A stretch of DNA of 64,000 nt from Tetramitus jugosus (taxonomy: Eukaryota; Protista; Heterolobosea), in contig OW569353.1 in NCBI GenBank assembly GCA_937625935.1, forward strand, positions 496,001-560,000. The letters are read 5' to 3'. Position 1 is the stretch's first letter. Each line of letters starts with the position of its first letter. A program made the position numbers and the translations under genes. The notes beneath the pieces are model-generated. The model was not told where the DNA came from. It searched no databases and worked only from the letters and a program-made list of their open reading frames with translations. This document shows positions 44,322 through 54,636 of the stretch, in pieces.

Positions 44322-46739
44322 TTATTCACTCACTTCACTTGAACTGTAGCTTTCTTCTTCGAATTGATCGACGCGAGGTCGGCCTCTCTTTTTTGCAATT
44401 AGGTTTGGATAATGCTGTTGCAGGTGTCGTTGCATAACAGGCACACGCTTCAAAAAGTTGGGAACCGTGGAGGATTTTTTGTTTTTGGATCCCTTGGGTC
44501 TGCCTCGAGGTCTCTTTTGAACTGGTGCCTCTGGTTCACTGTCCCGTTGTTCTTCATCCTCAATCTCGTTCTCATTCACGATTCCTTCAATTTCCTCCAG
44601 AACATCCTCCCGCTCTTCATCCGTGAACTCATCCTGTTCATACGGATTATAGGTTTCGTCTTCTTCGTCATCCGAGAATTCAATCTTTCTGTGCCATCCT
44701 GCCATCTTTCTATTTTTCTTTCCAGTGTGTTGATCACTCTCGTAGTATCTCTTGCTACTTCTCGAGACATCAGTCACGTTTCTTGAACGAGAGGAGGATC
44801 GACTCACAGTATCCATATCGCTTCTCCTTCTTCGTTTTCTTCGTTGATCCTCACTGTCACTGTTCCTTTCAACTCTACTTCTCGTACTGCGATTTTCATT
44901 GATTCTACTATGGCGATGCTCATCATTGTCATACGACGATCGGCTGCGCTGGTGTGCCCTGCTTGTTTTGACATTCAATAGAGCACTATCGAGATCAAAC
45001 AACCCATCATTTGACCGAGAAGGTCTATCACTGTCCTCTGCTGCCGACGTTGCTGTCCTTCTCTTCTTTTTTCTAAACTTTTTGTGCTTGTTGAAATTGA
45101 GATGTCTCGCTTGACGAACAGCCAGTGACACTCGTTCATTACGCTGATCTTCCACTTGACTCGTCCTCTTTTTTGATGATCCATCATGTACACGATCATT
45201 TCTATCTAATTCATCCATATTGATGCTGCTACGGTCACGATACGTTTCACTGTTTGATGATGGACGATTGCGTTGATTCTTGTTTGATCGAGAGATGATG
45301 CGTGATGTCGACACGTGATGCCTGTGATGGTCCATATCATTATCATCATTCGATGATGCAAATCCGACCTGTTCTCCACCAATAGCATCATCATTATCTC
45401 TTACATGATCATCACTACCACCAACATGCAAAAAATCTGGATGATATTCTTCTTCAGGTGGTTGATAATGATTCAACAAGTAATCATTGTGATAGAGAGA
45501 ATTGATGGATTCTCGATTTCGTCGATTCTTACTGTATGCAGAAGGTGATTCTTGAAACAATGTATCATCATCCACTTCTTCATCATGCAATTGTTGTTGT
45601 TGTTGTTCATGTGATTCTTCTGTTTCACTTTCACTCGATGATAGAACAATGGTTGATTGTTCTTCGATATGATCATTCACTAGTGCATCTTCACTGCTTG
45701 TTCGATCACTTGCTGCACTGGATTGTCTTCGATTGTTCATAATTGACATGTGATTGTTGCTGTTGTTATTATTATTCATCATCGTCATCATCATCATGTG
45801 ATGACTATTGTTGTTCTTGTTTGTTGTCTTGTTTAGATATGACTCCTCATGATGATGATGATGATGATGATGAAGAGGAGGTGATGATGATGATGGTTCA
45901 TTCTTACTATCATAGAAATTGTTGTGATTGTTGTTGTTGTTATGAATGACTGATGTTTTCAATTGTCTTGCAAATTCAGATCGTTGTTCAGGTGTCAATG
46001 AAACAGTTAATCCTCGATGCGTCTTTACCACATATGGATTGAGTGATTGTTGATTCAATAATGATGATTGATTGTTGTTGTTGTTGTTAGGGTGATTATG
46101 ATGATGATGATGTTGAGATTGTTGATGATGAGAATCATAGTGGTTGTTGTTGTTGTTGAGTTGAGGAATGACCGATGTAGAGAGAAGGACAGGTCGATTC
46201 GTTCGAATTGGAATTGGTTTTTGAATCATGTGATGTGATATTTGTTGTTGTTGTTGTTGTTGTGATGGTGGTAATAGTGGTGGTGCCTGTGGATGATGAT
46301 ACTGTACGTAGTGTTGTTGCTGTTGATGTGATGGATGTGATGAAGGTACTGTTGGTGGTAATTCATAATAATAGTAATATTGTTGTGGATGTTGTTGTGG
46401 TTCAATGGATTGAACCTGTTGAGGATCATGATTTTGGTAATGATACAGTGGTGGTGTTGTTGCTGTGATTGTTGTTGTTGCTGCAATCGATGCTGCTGAT
46501 GCAGTGGGAGCGATAGCTAAAGGTTGTGGATAATGTGCGTGTTCTTGTGCTGAATAAAAACGGTCGTGATGATGATTGTTGTGATGTGGTTGGTGATGGT
46601 GATTGGTGGTTAATGGAGTGACTGAATAGTAGAGTGGTGGTGGTGGTGGAGGAGACGTTGGTTGTGGTTGGTCATTGTATCGAACATCACTTGGGTGGAT
46701 CATTACAGCTGGAGGGTTATGGCGGGAAGGTCGGTGCAT
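44322..46739 (-). CDS. Low-complexity (H/Q/N-rich) protein with two AT-hook motifs
   Basis: KRPRGRPKGSKNK and KKRGRPR near the C-terminus; ~800-aa ORF. Confidence 0.7.
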   Translation of the reverse strand: MHRPSRHNPPAVMIHPSDVRYNDQPQPTSPPPPPPLYYSVTPLTTNHHHQPHHNNHHHDRFYSAQEHAHYPQPLAIAPTASAASIAATTTITATTPPLYHYQNHDPQQVQSIEPQQHPQQYYYYYELPPTVPSSHPSHQQQQHYVQYHHPQAPPLLPPSQQQQQQQISHHMIQKPIPIRTNRPVLLSTSVIPQLNNNNNHYDSHHQQSQHHHHHNHPNNNNNNQSSLLNQQSLNPYVVKTHRGLTVSLTPEQRSEFARQLKTSVIHNNNNNHNNFYDSKNEPSSSSPPLHHHHHHHHEESYLNKTTNKNNNSHHMMMMTMMNNNNNSNNHMSIMNNRRQSSAASDRTSSEDALVNDHIEEQSTIVLSSSESETEESHEQQQQQLHDEEVDDDTLFQESPSAYSKNRRNRESINSLYHNDYLLNHYQPPEEEYHPDFLHVGGSDDHVRDNDDAIGGEQVGFASSNDDNDMDHHRHHVSTSRIISRSNKNQRNRPSSNSETYRDRSSINMDELDRNDRVHDGSSKKRTSQVEDQRNERVSLAVRQARHLNFNKHKKFRKKKRRTATSAAEDSDRPSRSNDGLFDLDSALLNVKTSRAHQRSRSSYDNDEHRHSRINENRSTRSRVERNSDSEDQRRKRRRRSDMDTVSRSSSRSRNVTDVSRSSKRYYESDQHTGKKNRKMAGWHRKIEFSDDEEDETYNPYEQDEFTDEEREDVLEEIEGIVNENEIEDEEQRDSEPEAPVQKRPRGRPKGSKNKKSSTVPNFLKRVPVMQRHLQQHYPNLIAKKRGRPRVDQFEEESYSSSEVSE

Positions 46740-46849
46740 GTTTAAAAGCTGTTGTGTTTTGCTTTCCAAGAAAAAATGTTATTTTTCGCGCCTAAAATTT
46801 TTCGTGATTATCCCGAAAAATTCATCTATTATTAGCTAAGTTGATGTAA

Positions 46850-46921
46850 GGGACAATGGTCTAGTGGTATGATTCTCGCTTTGGGTGCGAGAGGTCCGGA
46901 GTTCGATTCTCCGTTGTCCCC
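46850..46921 (+). tRNA. tRNA-Pro (UGG)
   Basis: GGGACAA/TTGTCCC acceptor stem, TGGTCTAGTGG A box, CTCGC-TTTGGGT-GCGAG anticodon arm, GTTCGATTC B box, T-run downstream. Confidence 0.96.
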
Positions 46922-46978
46922 TGTTTTAAGTTTTTTCTCTGGGTGAACATCGAAAGTTGAATTGGCCAAGACAACCAA

Positions 46979-47860
46979 ATGCTTAGAAACAGATCATTGA
47001 TCCGCTCGTTCATTCGAGTGAACCGACCCAGGAGAACCGAGGTTTGTTTGTTGAACAAATGTCAATCCTCTGTATGGAATGATCGGTCAACCGGCGACCC
47101 GGATGACGAACATCATCAGATGAGGAGAGATAACAACACGGTCATGCTGTACCAGAGCAAGAAACCTCAGATGATCCAGTTCATGGAACAGTTCTATGTT
47201 CGACACAGACTCTATACCTGGTTGGTCTTGGCCAATTCAATCGTGTTACTAAATCCCTTGTACGCCTTCAATCAAATAACCATTGGCTTGTGCGTGGGGT
47301 TCAGTGGATTCATTACCATTCGATCCATCTTCCATGAACCAAAGGTTCAAAAGCCTATTCTCATCCAATCGATCCAATTGTTGGTACCAGGTGATTATTC
47401 GAGACTATTGTTGACAAGGAGTATCGATGTGAGTGATTTGCTTCATTCGTCCTCATCGTCGCATGAAGATGATCACAGCAGTAGAGAAGTTGTGGTGTAT
47501 ACGAGTGATTTGATATGTGATCACGATTCGGTATTTGCCACTTCGTGCATGCCATTTGAGTCACAGTGGAAACAATTGTTGCTCAATACCAGTGATATGA
47601 CCGCAAGGAACGAATTTCGGTTCGCTGTGATGCCAACAGTTCGATCTCCTGTATTGTCTCCAACAAGTGGTGCCGCATCTCCATTGTCTCTGTGGCAAAA
47701 GAAACAAGGACATGGCAGTGATTATTCATACAATGGATCAGCACTGTCCATGTCACTTCCATATGATGAGTCCTCCCCTGTTGTGTACGTGGTGAGGGCC
47801 AACAGTGAAAAAGTCGAAAAGTTAAGGTCATTGCTCGACTATTATCGTTCTCTCCATTAA
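46979..47860 (+). CDS. Hypothetical protein, possible mitochondrial presequence and two TM segments
   Basis: Arg-rich MLRNRSLIRSFIR N-term; hydrophobic stretch at aa ~79-117. Confidence 0.6.
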   Translation: MLRNRSLIRSFIRVNRPRRTEVCLLNKCQSSVWNDRSTGDPDDEHHQMRRDNNTVMLYQSKKPQMIQFMEQFYVRHRLYTWLVLANSIVLLNPLYAFNQITIGLCVGFSGFITIRSIFHEPKVQKPILIQSIQLLVPGDYSRLLLTRSIDVSDLLHSSSSSHEDDHSSREVVVYTSDLICDHDSVFATSCMPFESQWKQLLLNTSDMTARNEFRFAVMPTVRSPVLSPTSGAASPLSLWQKKQGHGSDYSYNGSALSMSLPYDESSPVVYVVRANSEKVEKLRSLLDYYRSLH

Positions 47861-47921
47861 GCAATGATGTTGCAGAACACTGAATAAAACATAATGGATG
47901 AGAAACCAACATTTTGTTGTA

Positions 47922-49205
47922 TTATAAGACAATAGGGAACTGAATAGCGTGTAAAGGGATATCCATGAGACCATAGAGATAGTGGAGCCAAGAGTCTGCC
48001 TTCTTAAACACGTTCCAACCGTTGACTAGATACACTTCTCCAAACTTATACACAGGTTGCGGATGCGATTTTCCATTGTCCAACACGACATTCTTCATTA
48101 CATTGATACAAAGTTGAGATCCACCCATCTTTGTCGTGACTGGAAGCAAACAGAGACCATCAATCTGACAAAACTCTTGCAATTGATTCTTCCATTGCAG
48201 CTCCAGTTCTAATTTGATTTCTTCGATTGATAATAACCGAGTGAATCCCAAGACGCTACTCAGCCCGTTTTCAGATGTGATCCCTCCGAGCATGACACCG
48301 GACTCAGTATCTTCACCATCATGCAGATTCAATGAGAAATACAGGTCCAAAGGAATGCCCAGAGTTCTACAGTATTTCTTGGATCCTTCAATCGACTCAA
48401 TCAACTTTCTGTTGTCCGAGTCGCGATCCATGAATCTGTGCCATTGGTACAACAGATGACTCACCGTTTCAATTTCACTACCAGATGCACCACGTCTCAA
48501 ATTTCGTTTCACTTCAATCGAGACAAACGATTCAATCCTATTCCATATGAACTGTATCATGCTGTGTGTTTGCTTTGCTTGAACAAACAATTGATTCAAT
48601 CCAATATCGTCCCACGAAAGAGTGATATTGGATTCTAGCAATGGTGCTTCTAGTTCACGACCATTGGACAACATTGCCATAGAGGTGTGCACAGACGCTG
48701 ACTGATGAAACTGAATCTTTGCAATGGATCGATCATTTCGTGCCTTGTTACTCTTTGACAAGAGACACTCCAATGAACGAATCACTGGCAACAAGCAAAG
48801 ACAAACAGGATCACAATTCTTTGCTTGTTCAATCAATTGATACCAATATCGTTGACTTGTTCCTCTACTGATATCTCCCATTAACAAGTCATAAATCATG
48901 CGATTGAGTGTCAAGTAACGCACCGAATAGAGCTCACTGGGCGTCAACCATGAAAACACTTCGAGCACGAGTTCCACAGACAAATTTTGGAAATTGGTCT
49001 CGTCAGTCAAGGTGACGAACCGATGCAGAACCAGTGGCTTCACCAAGTTTCTTGTTGTTTTTGAGACGACTTGCAAAGGCGAGTCAGGGTGGTCTTTGGC
49101 CTTGATCAATGTCAGTGGAATGTACATTGAGTGATCCTTTTCACAACGAACCCACACTACATTCTGAATAGAATGTTGTGGATGCTTGATTTGTGCAGTC
49201 GACAT
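47922..49205 (-). CDS. F-box protein with SMI1/KNR4-like domain (FBXO3/SKIP16-like)
   Basis: FQNLSVELVLEVFSWL (F-box); LGIPLDLYFSLNLHDGE and RLLSIEEI (SMI1/Knr4-like). Confidence 0.7.
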   Translation of the reverse strand: MSTAQIKHPQHSIQNVVWVRCEKDHSMYIPLTLIKAKDHPDSPLQVVSKTTRNLVKPLVLHRFVTLTDETNFQNLSVELVLEVFSWLTPSELYSVRYLTLNRMIYDLLMGDISRGTSQRYWYQLIEQAKNCDPVCLCLLPVIRSLECLLSKSNKARNDRSIAKIQFHQSASVHTSMAMLSNGRELEAPLLESNITLSWDDIGLNQLFVQAKQTHSMIQFIWNRIESFVSIEVKRNLRRGASGSEIETVSHLLYQWHRFMDRDSDNRKLIESIEGSKKYCRTLGIPLDLYFSLNLHDGEDTESGVMLGGITSENGLSSVLGFTRLLSIEEIKLELELQWKNQLQEFCQIDGLCLLPVTTKMGGSQLCINVMKNVVLDNGKSHPQPVYKFGEVYLVNGWNVFKKADSWLHYLYGLMDIPLHAIQFPIVL

Positions 49206-49459
49206 GATTTGGTGTGATCTTTATTTTTTTGGTTTGGAATTATTTGTTGTTTTTAACTTTTTGTAATCTTTTGCAGTTAATTAGCTCTTGTTGTATTCCT
49301 AGGTTAATCATCCTGACCTGAGAGAAAGAATACGCTTTCTCATTTGTGTAGCCACTTGACATTGCTCAGATGTTTCTGTCGGCAAATCAAAACCGAAATT
49401 GGGAAGTTCTGCAGCTTCCCTGGTGTTCCACGAAACAAAAACAACAACAGCACTGAACC

Positions 49460-50785
49460 ATGAGCCAACAACAATTCTGTCAAGAGAACGTGTGTTATCA
49501 ACAGGGCATTGCGTTCAGACCTCAAAAGCCATATGATCTCTTCCATGCATTCTGGTCAAATGAATTGAAGAACCATACGATGAAAGATGACATAAAACAC
49601 ATGATGGAGTGGGACTTGAGGAGACAATGGGGATCGTCACATCAAGAGCCCTATCAAGAGTTATTTGATTTACTCGAGGAGAAGTACACTCAAGACATTG
49701 GAGAAACTTTACAAATCCTGGGTGAGAAGGAGGAAAGAGTTGAGAAGGTAGAAAAAGGGTTTAATTGGACAGAACACATCATGTCCGATGACTGCTTTGT
49801 TCTGATTCTGTCTTTTCTCGATGTTTGGCGCATTTCAGGACTGAGACGAGTATGTTCTTGGTGGAATCAGTCTATCGTTCATTCTGAGATGCTTTGGTAT
49901 CATATTCTGAAAGGTTATACGACCGTTGGCTCTCAATCAAATGACGAGAAGAGTTTATTGTTGTCATCGCTGCCAAGTGATGACACAAGCTTGACTACTC
50001 AACAAAACGTTAATAGTAAGATTGGCAGTGCTTTGATGCGAGAGTCATACTTGTCTCCTTTTGAGCAATTCTTTGCATTGATTGAGAGCATTCCACAGGT
50101 TGAGTTCGCATCTACTCTGTTAAAGAATGAGCATATCGGGATGACTAGCGGACGTGTGTTACCAACAGTATTTTACTCCATGATGCGCTTGAATTGTGAC
50201 AATGGATCTCCTGACTATATTCAACACAAGCTATCCGTGATCATGGCCATTTTCAATGTGAATGGATATGTACCCAGATTGTATCACTATTTCAGAGTGG
50301 GTTATTGTTCGTCAGCGTCCACCATTGCGAACACTGATGCTGAAATCAATCACACTTGTATTCCATTACTCTCCTTTTGTATTGCAGTGATGACAGGTCA
50401 AGAAAGGGAATTGTATCCTGTAGATGAAACAAAAGAGTGCGTCGACAGCAATACTGGAGGTCGTGTCGTGTCTGTTGGGATTGGTGTGAACACTGAGGGA
50501 GATTTTGACCCGTGGATTTACTATCTGCACATGGAAGGACGTCCGATCGATCTCGACAATATATTTGAGTTGTGTCCGGAAGCCGAGGAGGTCTTAAACC
50601 CTGAAAACGATGACCTTTCAAATGCATATGAATGGTTTTCTGACGAAAGAGGTTGGGCGAACGGCGTGATATTCTACAATGCCGGTTTTACTTGGTTCCA
50701 TCAGCATCGATATTTTTCACTGTATAATAGAACCAAGAAACAGATGGTTGTTCTGAAGTTGCAAGAGCGTGTCGGTACATACTGA
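49460..50785 (+). CDS. F-box protein
   Basis: MSDDCFVLILSFLDVWRISGLRRVCSWWNQ...LW. Confidence 0.75.
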   Translation: MSQQQFCQENVCYQQGIAFRPQKPYDLFHAFWSNELKNHTMKDDIKHMMEWDLRRQWGSSHQEPYQELFDLLEEKYTQDIGETLQILGEKEERVEKVEKGFNWTEHIMSDDCFVLILSFLDVWRISGLRRVCSWWNQSIVHSEMLWYHILKGYTTVGSQSNDEKSLLLSSLPSDDTSLTTQQNVNSKIGSALMRESYLSPFEQFFALIESIPQVEFASTLLKNEHIGMTSGRVLPTVFYSMMRLNCDNGSPDYIQHKLSVIMAIFNVNGYVPRLYHYFRVGYCSSASTIANTDAEINHTCIPLLSFCIAVMTGQERELYPVDETKECVDSNTGGRVVSVGIGVNTEGDFDPWIYYLHMEGRPIDLDNIFELCPEAEEVLNPENDDLSNAYEWFSDERGWANGVIFYNAGFTWFHQHRYFSLYNRTKKQMVVLKLQERVGTY

Positions 50786-50976
50786 AGTTAAGATGGATAC
50801 GTCATGACAACCTATAAGTCTTTCCACACAACATTAAATGAAACTTCGGCAGATTGGTGCTTCCTGCATTCCTTTATTAATTATTTTGATGGAAAACGAA
50901 GTTTCCACTTATGATCTGTGTTGACTCCCGTGGAAATCTAACAAAGTATAGCCCGTCAATATCATGCCAGACTTGT

Positions 50977-52254
50977 TTATTGGAGTGGCAAGTGAGTATT
51001 GAAGAATCCTATCAATCTCTTCTCGTACTTTCTTTGTGATATTTCATGAATGGCCATGACAGTGTGATCTCTACACATGCCATGCCACTGAATAGGTGCC
51101 TCTCCGACCTTGTCTTGAATAAACACGGACACATGCTTGTGTTCACCCGACTTAATAATCTGAGAACAAACGTGTGTGTTGCTCACTGGCACCAAAATGT
51201 CCTTCTCGGCATGATCAAAATGGAAAGCCTTGTTCTTTCCGTTCTTGATCCGTGTGAGCTCTCTGCTCGGTTCATAGACGAACGGATGACAACCGTAGCT
51301 ACCTTGTTCCGAGACACGGAGTACATATCGACCAAACATGCATGTTCCCTTCATCAGCAGAATACTGAACTGATTGAGAACAGATGTTGGAACGATTTGC
51401 TGGATGACTGGCAATCCTTGAAGCATATTTCTCACATTGCCCTGCAATGTCTCATACACTTGACAGACTGGTGAATCAAGATAGATGGCACTAATGCGCT
51501 CATCTCTCGCACCTGCAATCAAACTCGTTGCCCCACCCATGCTCACACCATAGAGACCAATCTTGTGATTCTCACCGAATCGTTGCTTGAGATACGTGAC
51601 AGCACCCATGATATCATGATGTTCCTTGGAACCAAACGTACAGAACGGAGTAGGCATTTGCTTTGCCGACTTTCCATGATTTCTCAAATCAATCAACAAC
51701 ACATTGTAACCACCTCTGTGAAGCATGACAGTTGGTGTCAATGTTGTAAAGTGATTCTTGCAGACGCGGAATCCATGAACGACAATGACAGTAGGTATAG
51801 AGCTCACATCCACATTTTCCAATGACTCTGATGACTCAGATGACTCAGATGCTTGAGATGCTTGAGATGCTTGAGCCGGGAGGAACCATGCAGAAATGGG
51901 ACCGAAACCATCATTAGCCAAAAATTGAATATCAGTCTCCAGTCGATGCACACCACTATTCTTTTCACTTGACAAGAAATAGTCGGACAAATTTGGTGGA
52001 TTGAGCCAATCACTACAGTTGACATTGGTTTTGAAATGAGTGAGTGTGTTACCATGAGCTTTCAACTCACATTCATCTCCCTTACCATTCACATAATAGA
52101 GAGCATAGAATGCATAGTAAATGAGAAATGATGTCAGTAGCAGAGAGAGAACAAGAATTGTTGTGAGTGCTTTGTGAAGACACGAATTGTTGTGTTGTTG
52201 CTGTTGTTGTTTGGTGGGAGTGGTACCAGTGGATGATGATTTTTTGGTCGTCAT
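50977..52254 (-). CDS. Membrane-anchored alpha/beta hydrolase
   Basis: N-term TM; VIVVHG, IDLRNHGKS, GLYGVSMGG nucleophile elbow, DILVP, DH. Confidence 0.88.
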   Translation of the reverse strand: MTTKKSSSTGTTPTKQQQQQHNNSCLHKALTTILVLSLLLTSFLIYYAFYALYYVNGKGDECELKAHGNTLTHFKTNVNCSDWLNPPNLSDYFLSSEKNSGVHRLETDIQFLANDGFGPISAWFLPAQASQASQASESSESSESLENVDVSSIPTVIVVHGFRVCKNHFTTLTPTVMLHRGGYNVLLIDLRNHGKSAKQMPTPFCTFGSKEHHDIMGAVTYLKQRFGENHKIGLYGVSMGGATSLIAGARDERISAIYLDSPVCQVYETLQGNVRNMLQGLPVIQQIVPTSVLNQFSILLMKGTCMFGRYVLRVSEQGSYGCHPFVYEPSRELTRIKNGKNKAFHFDHAEKDILVPVSNTHVCSQIIKSGEHKHVSVFIQDKVGEAPIQWHGMCRDHTVMAIHEISQRKYEKRLIGFFNTHLPLQ

Positions 52255-52527
52255 CGATGCTGCAATTGATTTCTGAGAGGAAAGCTTTCTTTTGTTGTTT
52301 TCTTTGGGGTGTTTGGCTGCGAAATCTATTCTCCTGACATTATTCTCCTGACTGGTTGGCGCCGAATTATGTCAACGTTTTTGGCGCGAGGACTGTTCGC
52401 AACTTTTTCAGTTCTGTTCGCACATGAACTTCACTTCCAGAATAAAGGCAAGAAATTTGCATGATCAGAAAAAATTAAACAACAAACAAAAACAAAACAA
52501 AAGCAATAGAACAAGAACGAAAAAACA

Positions 52528-52908
52528 ATGGTCAAAGTGTATGAATCTTCAAACGGTCTCAAGATGACCGTTGGTCAGAATGCAGTCGAAAATGATCAAA
52601 TCCGCAAAAGTGCCTCACAAAAGGACATGTGGTTCCATTTGGAGAATGTGGCTTCTCCACATGTGATTCTCTCTGCTCCAAAATCTGGGTCCTTCTCGAG
52701 ACAAGATATATCCGAGGCTGCACAATTGTGCAAGTACTACAGTAAACAAAAGAGCGCGCCAAAATCCAGTGTCATCTACATTAATGTCAAGAGAGTGAAG
52801 AAGGTGCCTGAGATTGATGGACGGTGTGAGTTGGCAGCAAAACCGGAGCAGCTGTTTGTGTTCCACTCGGACGAAGATTTAATCGAGGACGTGAAACTCA
52901 TTTCTTAA
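52528..52908 (+). CDS. Stand-alone NFACT-R (DUF814) RNA-binding domain protein
   Basis: VGQNAVEND, DMWFHL..VASPHVIL, AAQLCKYYSK, VIYINVKRVKK. Confidence 0.85.
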   Translation: MVKVYESSNGLKMTVGQNAVENDQIRKSASQKDMWFHLENVASPHVILSAPKSGSFSRQDISEAAQLCKYYSKQKSAPKSSVIYINVKRVKKVPEIDGRCELAAKPEQLFVFHSDEDLIEDVKLIS

Positions 52909-52998
52909 GAAGTGTTGGTGTTTAGGTCGTATACTGATTATCTGAGTATTATCGTGAATAGAAGAAGTCCATGTTGCTCAACAGAGTTATGTGTCGTA

Positions 52999-53829
52999 CT
53001 ATTCCTCAATGTCAAAGTAGACATAGTTGATGAAAAAGGCCGAGCTGAATAACAGTGCCTTGTCTTCTGATGAGGAATGAATTGGAAAATCGATAACGAG
53101 TGGATCAATGCCAACTGAACTGGCATTCTTGTTCATCATTGGATTAAAGTCTCTCTTTTTCTTCTGAATTGTACCAATGATCTCTTCTGGATTACTTTCT
53201 GGTGATATGTTCATTCTCCGTGTGAAACAACCTCCATGCAGTATGAATAGTAATTGATTAGCATAGTCCCGTACTTCGACAAATCTCTTTCCAAAGCTTG
53301 CTCTTGTTGATATAGTACCAAGTAATTCCTCGCTGTTTTGTGATACTTTGTGATGATAAACTTGCATGATTTGTTTTCCGAAACTGAACTTTCTTTTGAG
53401 TGTTAGAAGCTTCCTTGTCTGTTCCCGAGCATTTGAGACTTCCTCTTTGTTCCTTTGTGTGACAACACACAGACCTATTGTAATAGAAAAAGATCTTCTT
53501 TGACCGAGGAAGAACCTCGAAATTGGTGAGGATTCTTCTTCAGCTGTGAGATAGACGTGTTCCCGAAGATGGCTAAACTCGATCAGGAATCGACTCTCTG
53601 GTTGAACATTCTGCATCAATTCACTTGGACTTATCATTCTCTTAATAAAACAACTTTGGTTCTCCGTTTTCTCAACAAGCGATCCCATTTGATGTTTAAA
53701 TATCTTGTCAAAAACAGGCAACGTATGGTCCATGATAGCCTGGACAACTTCCTCTTCCTGAGAAGAAGAAACACTCCAGCTCGAATCAGGCGGACAGATA
53801 TATTGAGCTCCAGATTCACTAATCCTCAT
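52999..53829 (-). CDS. Scramblase/LURP-one (tubby-C-like) protein
   Basis: LYLTAEE-like segment, IGTIQKK, IDFP..SSEDKALLFSSAFFINYVYF. Confidence 0.75.
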   Translation of the reverse strand: MRISESGAQYICPPDSSWSVSSSQEEEVVQAIMDHTLPVFDKIFKHQMGSLVEKTENQSCFIKRMISPSELMQNVQPESRFLIEFSHLREHVYLTAEEESSPISRFFLGQRRSFSITIGLCVVTQRNKEEVSNAREQTRKLLTLKRKFSFGKQIMQVYHHKVSQNSEELLGTISTRASFGKRFVEVRDYANQLLFILHGGCFTRRMNISPESNPEEIIGTIQKKKRDFNPMMNKNASSVGIDPLVIDFPIHSSSEDKALLFSSAFFINYVYFDIEE

Positions 53830-53954
53830 CTTGTTGTGACCAATAAGTATACAATGTTGGTTGCTTGTTTCCGTGGATTCAGTGTTCTCTTCACTTGAAA
53901 AACTCCTCCACCACGAAATTCACGAACAACAAACACGCGCCAAATCAAACGAAC

Positions 53955-54560
53955 ATGACCACGCCACAGTTTACGGAACGGGACGAACGGTTCATGAAAC
54001 AAGCACTGATCGCAGCGGAGAATGCGCTCAAAGAAGGTGAAGTACCCGTTGGTTGTGTCATTGTGCACAATCCAACCAACAAGGTGATTGGAACTGGTTG
54101 GAACAAGACTGTAGAAAAGAGAAATGGGACGAGGCATGCGGAATTTGAAGCTTTTGATGAGATTTTGGAAGAAAAGGGATATGAAGCTTCCATTTTCCAA
54201 GAATGCACACTGTATGTGACTGTGGAGCCTTGCATCATGTGTGCGAGTGCATTGTTACTCATGCGAATTCAAAGAGTCATTTGTGGATGCATGAATGACA
54301 AGTTTGGAGGCTGTGGATCCATTTATCATGTTCATGAGCATTCACAGACGACGGGACACGATCCTACTGACAACAACAATAGTAACTTGTTGAAATTTTC
54401 AAATTATGAGTGTGTGAGTGGATTGTTTGCTGAGCAGGCGATTCAATTGTTGAAACGATTCTATGAACAGGAGAATCCATTGGCACCGAAACCGCAACGC
54501 AAAAAGAGAAAGACGGAAGCAACAACGACAATGACTGGGAAAGAAGAAGGTTTGCTGTGA
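53955..54560 (+). CDS. TAD2: tRNA adenosine-34 deaminase catalytic subunit
   Basis: GEVPVGCVIV, TRHAE, LYVTVEPCIMC, NDKFGGCGS, LKRFYEQENPLAPKP. Confidence 0.92.
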   Translation: MTTPQFTERDERFMKQALIAAENALKEGEVPVGCVIVHNPTNKVIGTGWNKTVEKRNGTRHAEFEAFDEILEEKGYEASIFQECTLYVTVEPCIMCASALLLMRIQRVICGCMNDKFGGCGSIYHVHEHSQTTGHDPTDNNNSNLLKFSNYECVSGLFAEQAIQLLKRFYEQENPLAPKPQRKKRKTEATTTMTGKEEGLL

Positions 54561-54636
54561 TTGTTGTTGAACAGCAGCAACGAATGAGATTGGTGTAAAA
54601 GGGTGTGCAAGATGAGGTACTACCAGTAAAAACCGT

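Noticed and set aside
51826-51875. Short 9-bp tandem repeats
   Set aside because: Coding QAS/ESS microrepeat in the hydrolase; not CRISPR-like
52327-52352. TATTCTCCTGAC direct repeat in a promoter
   Set aside because: Only two units; cannot be distinguished from simple slippage
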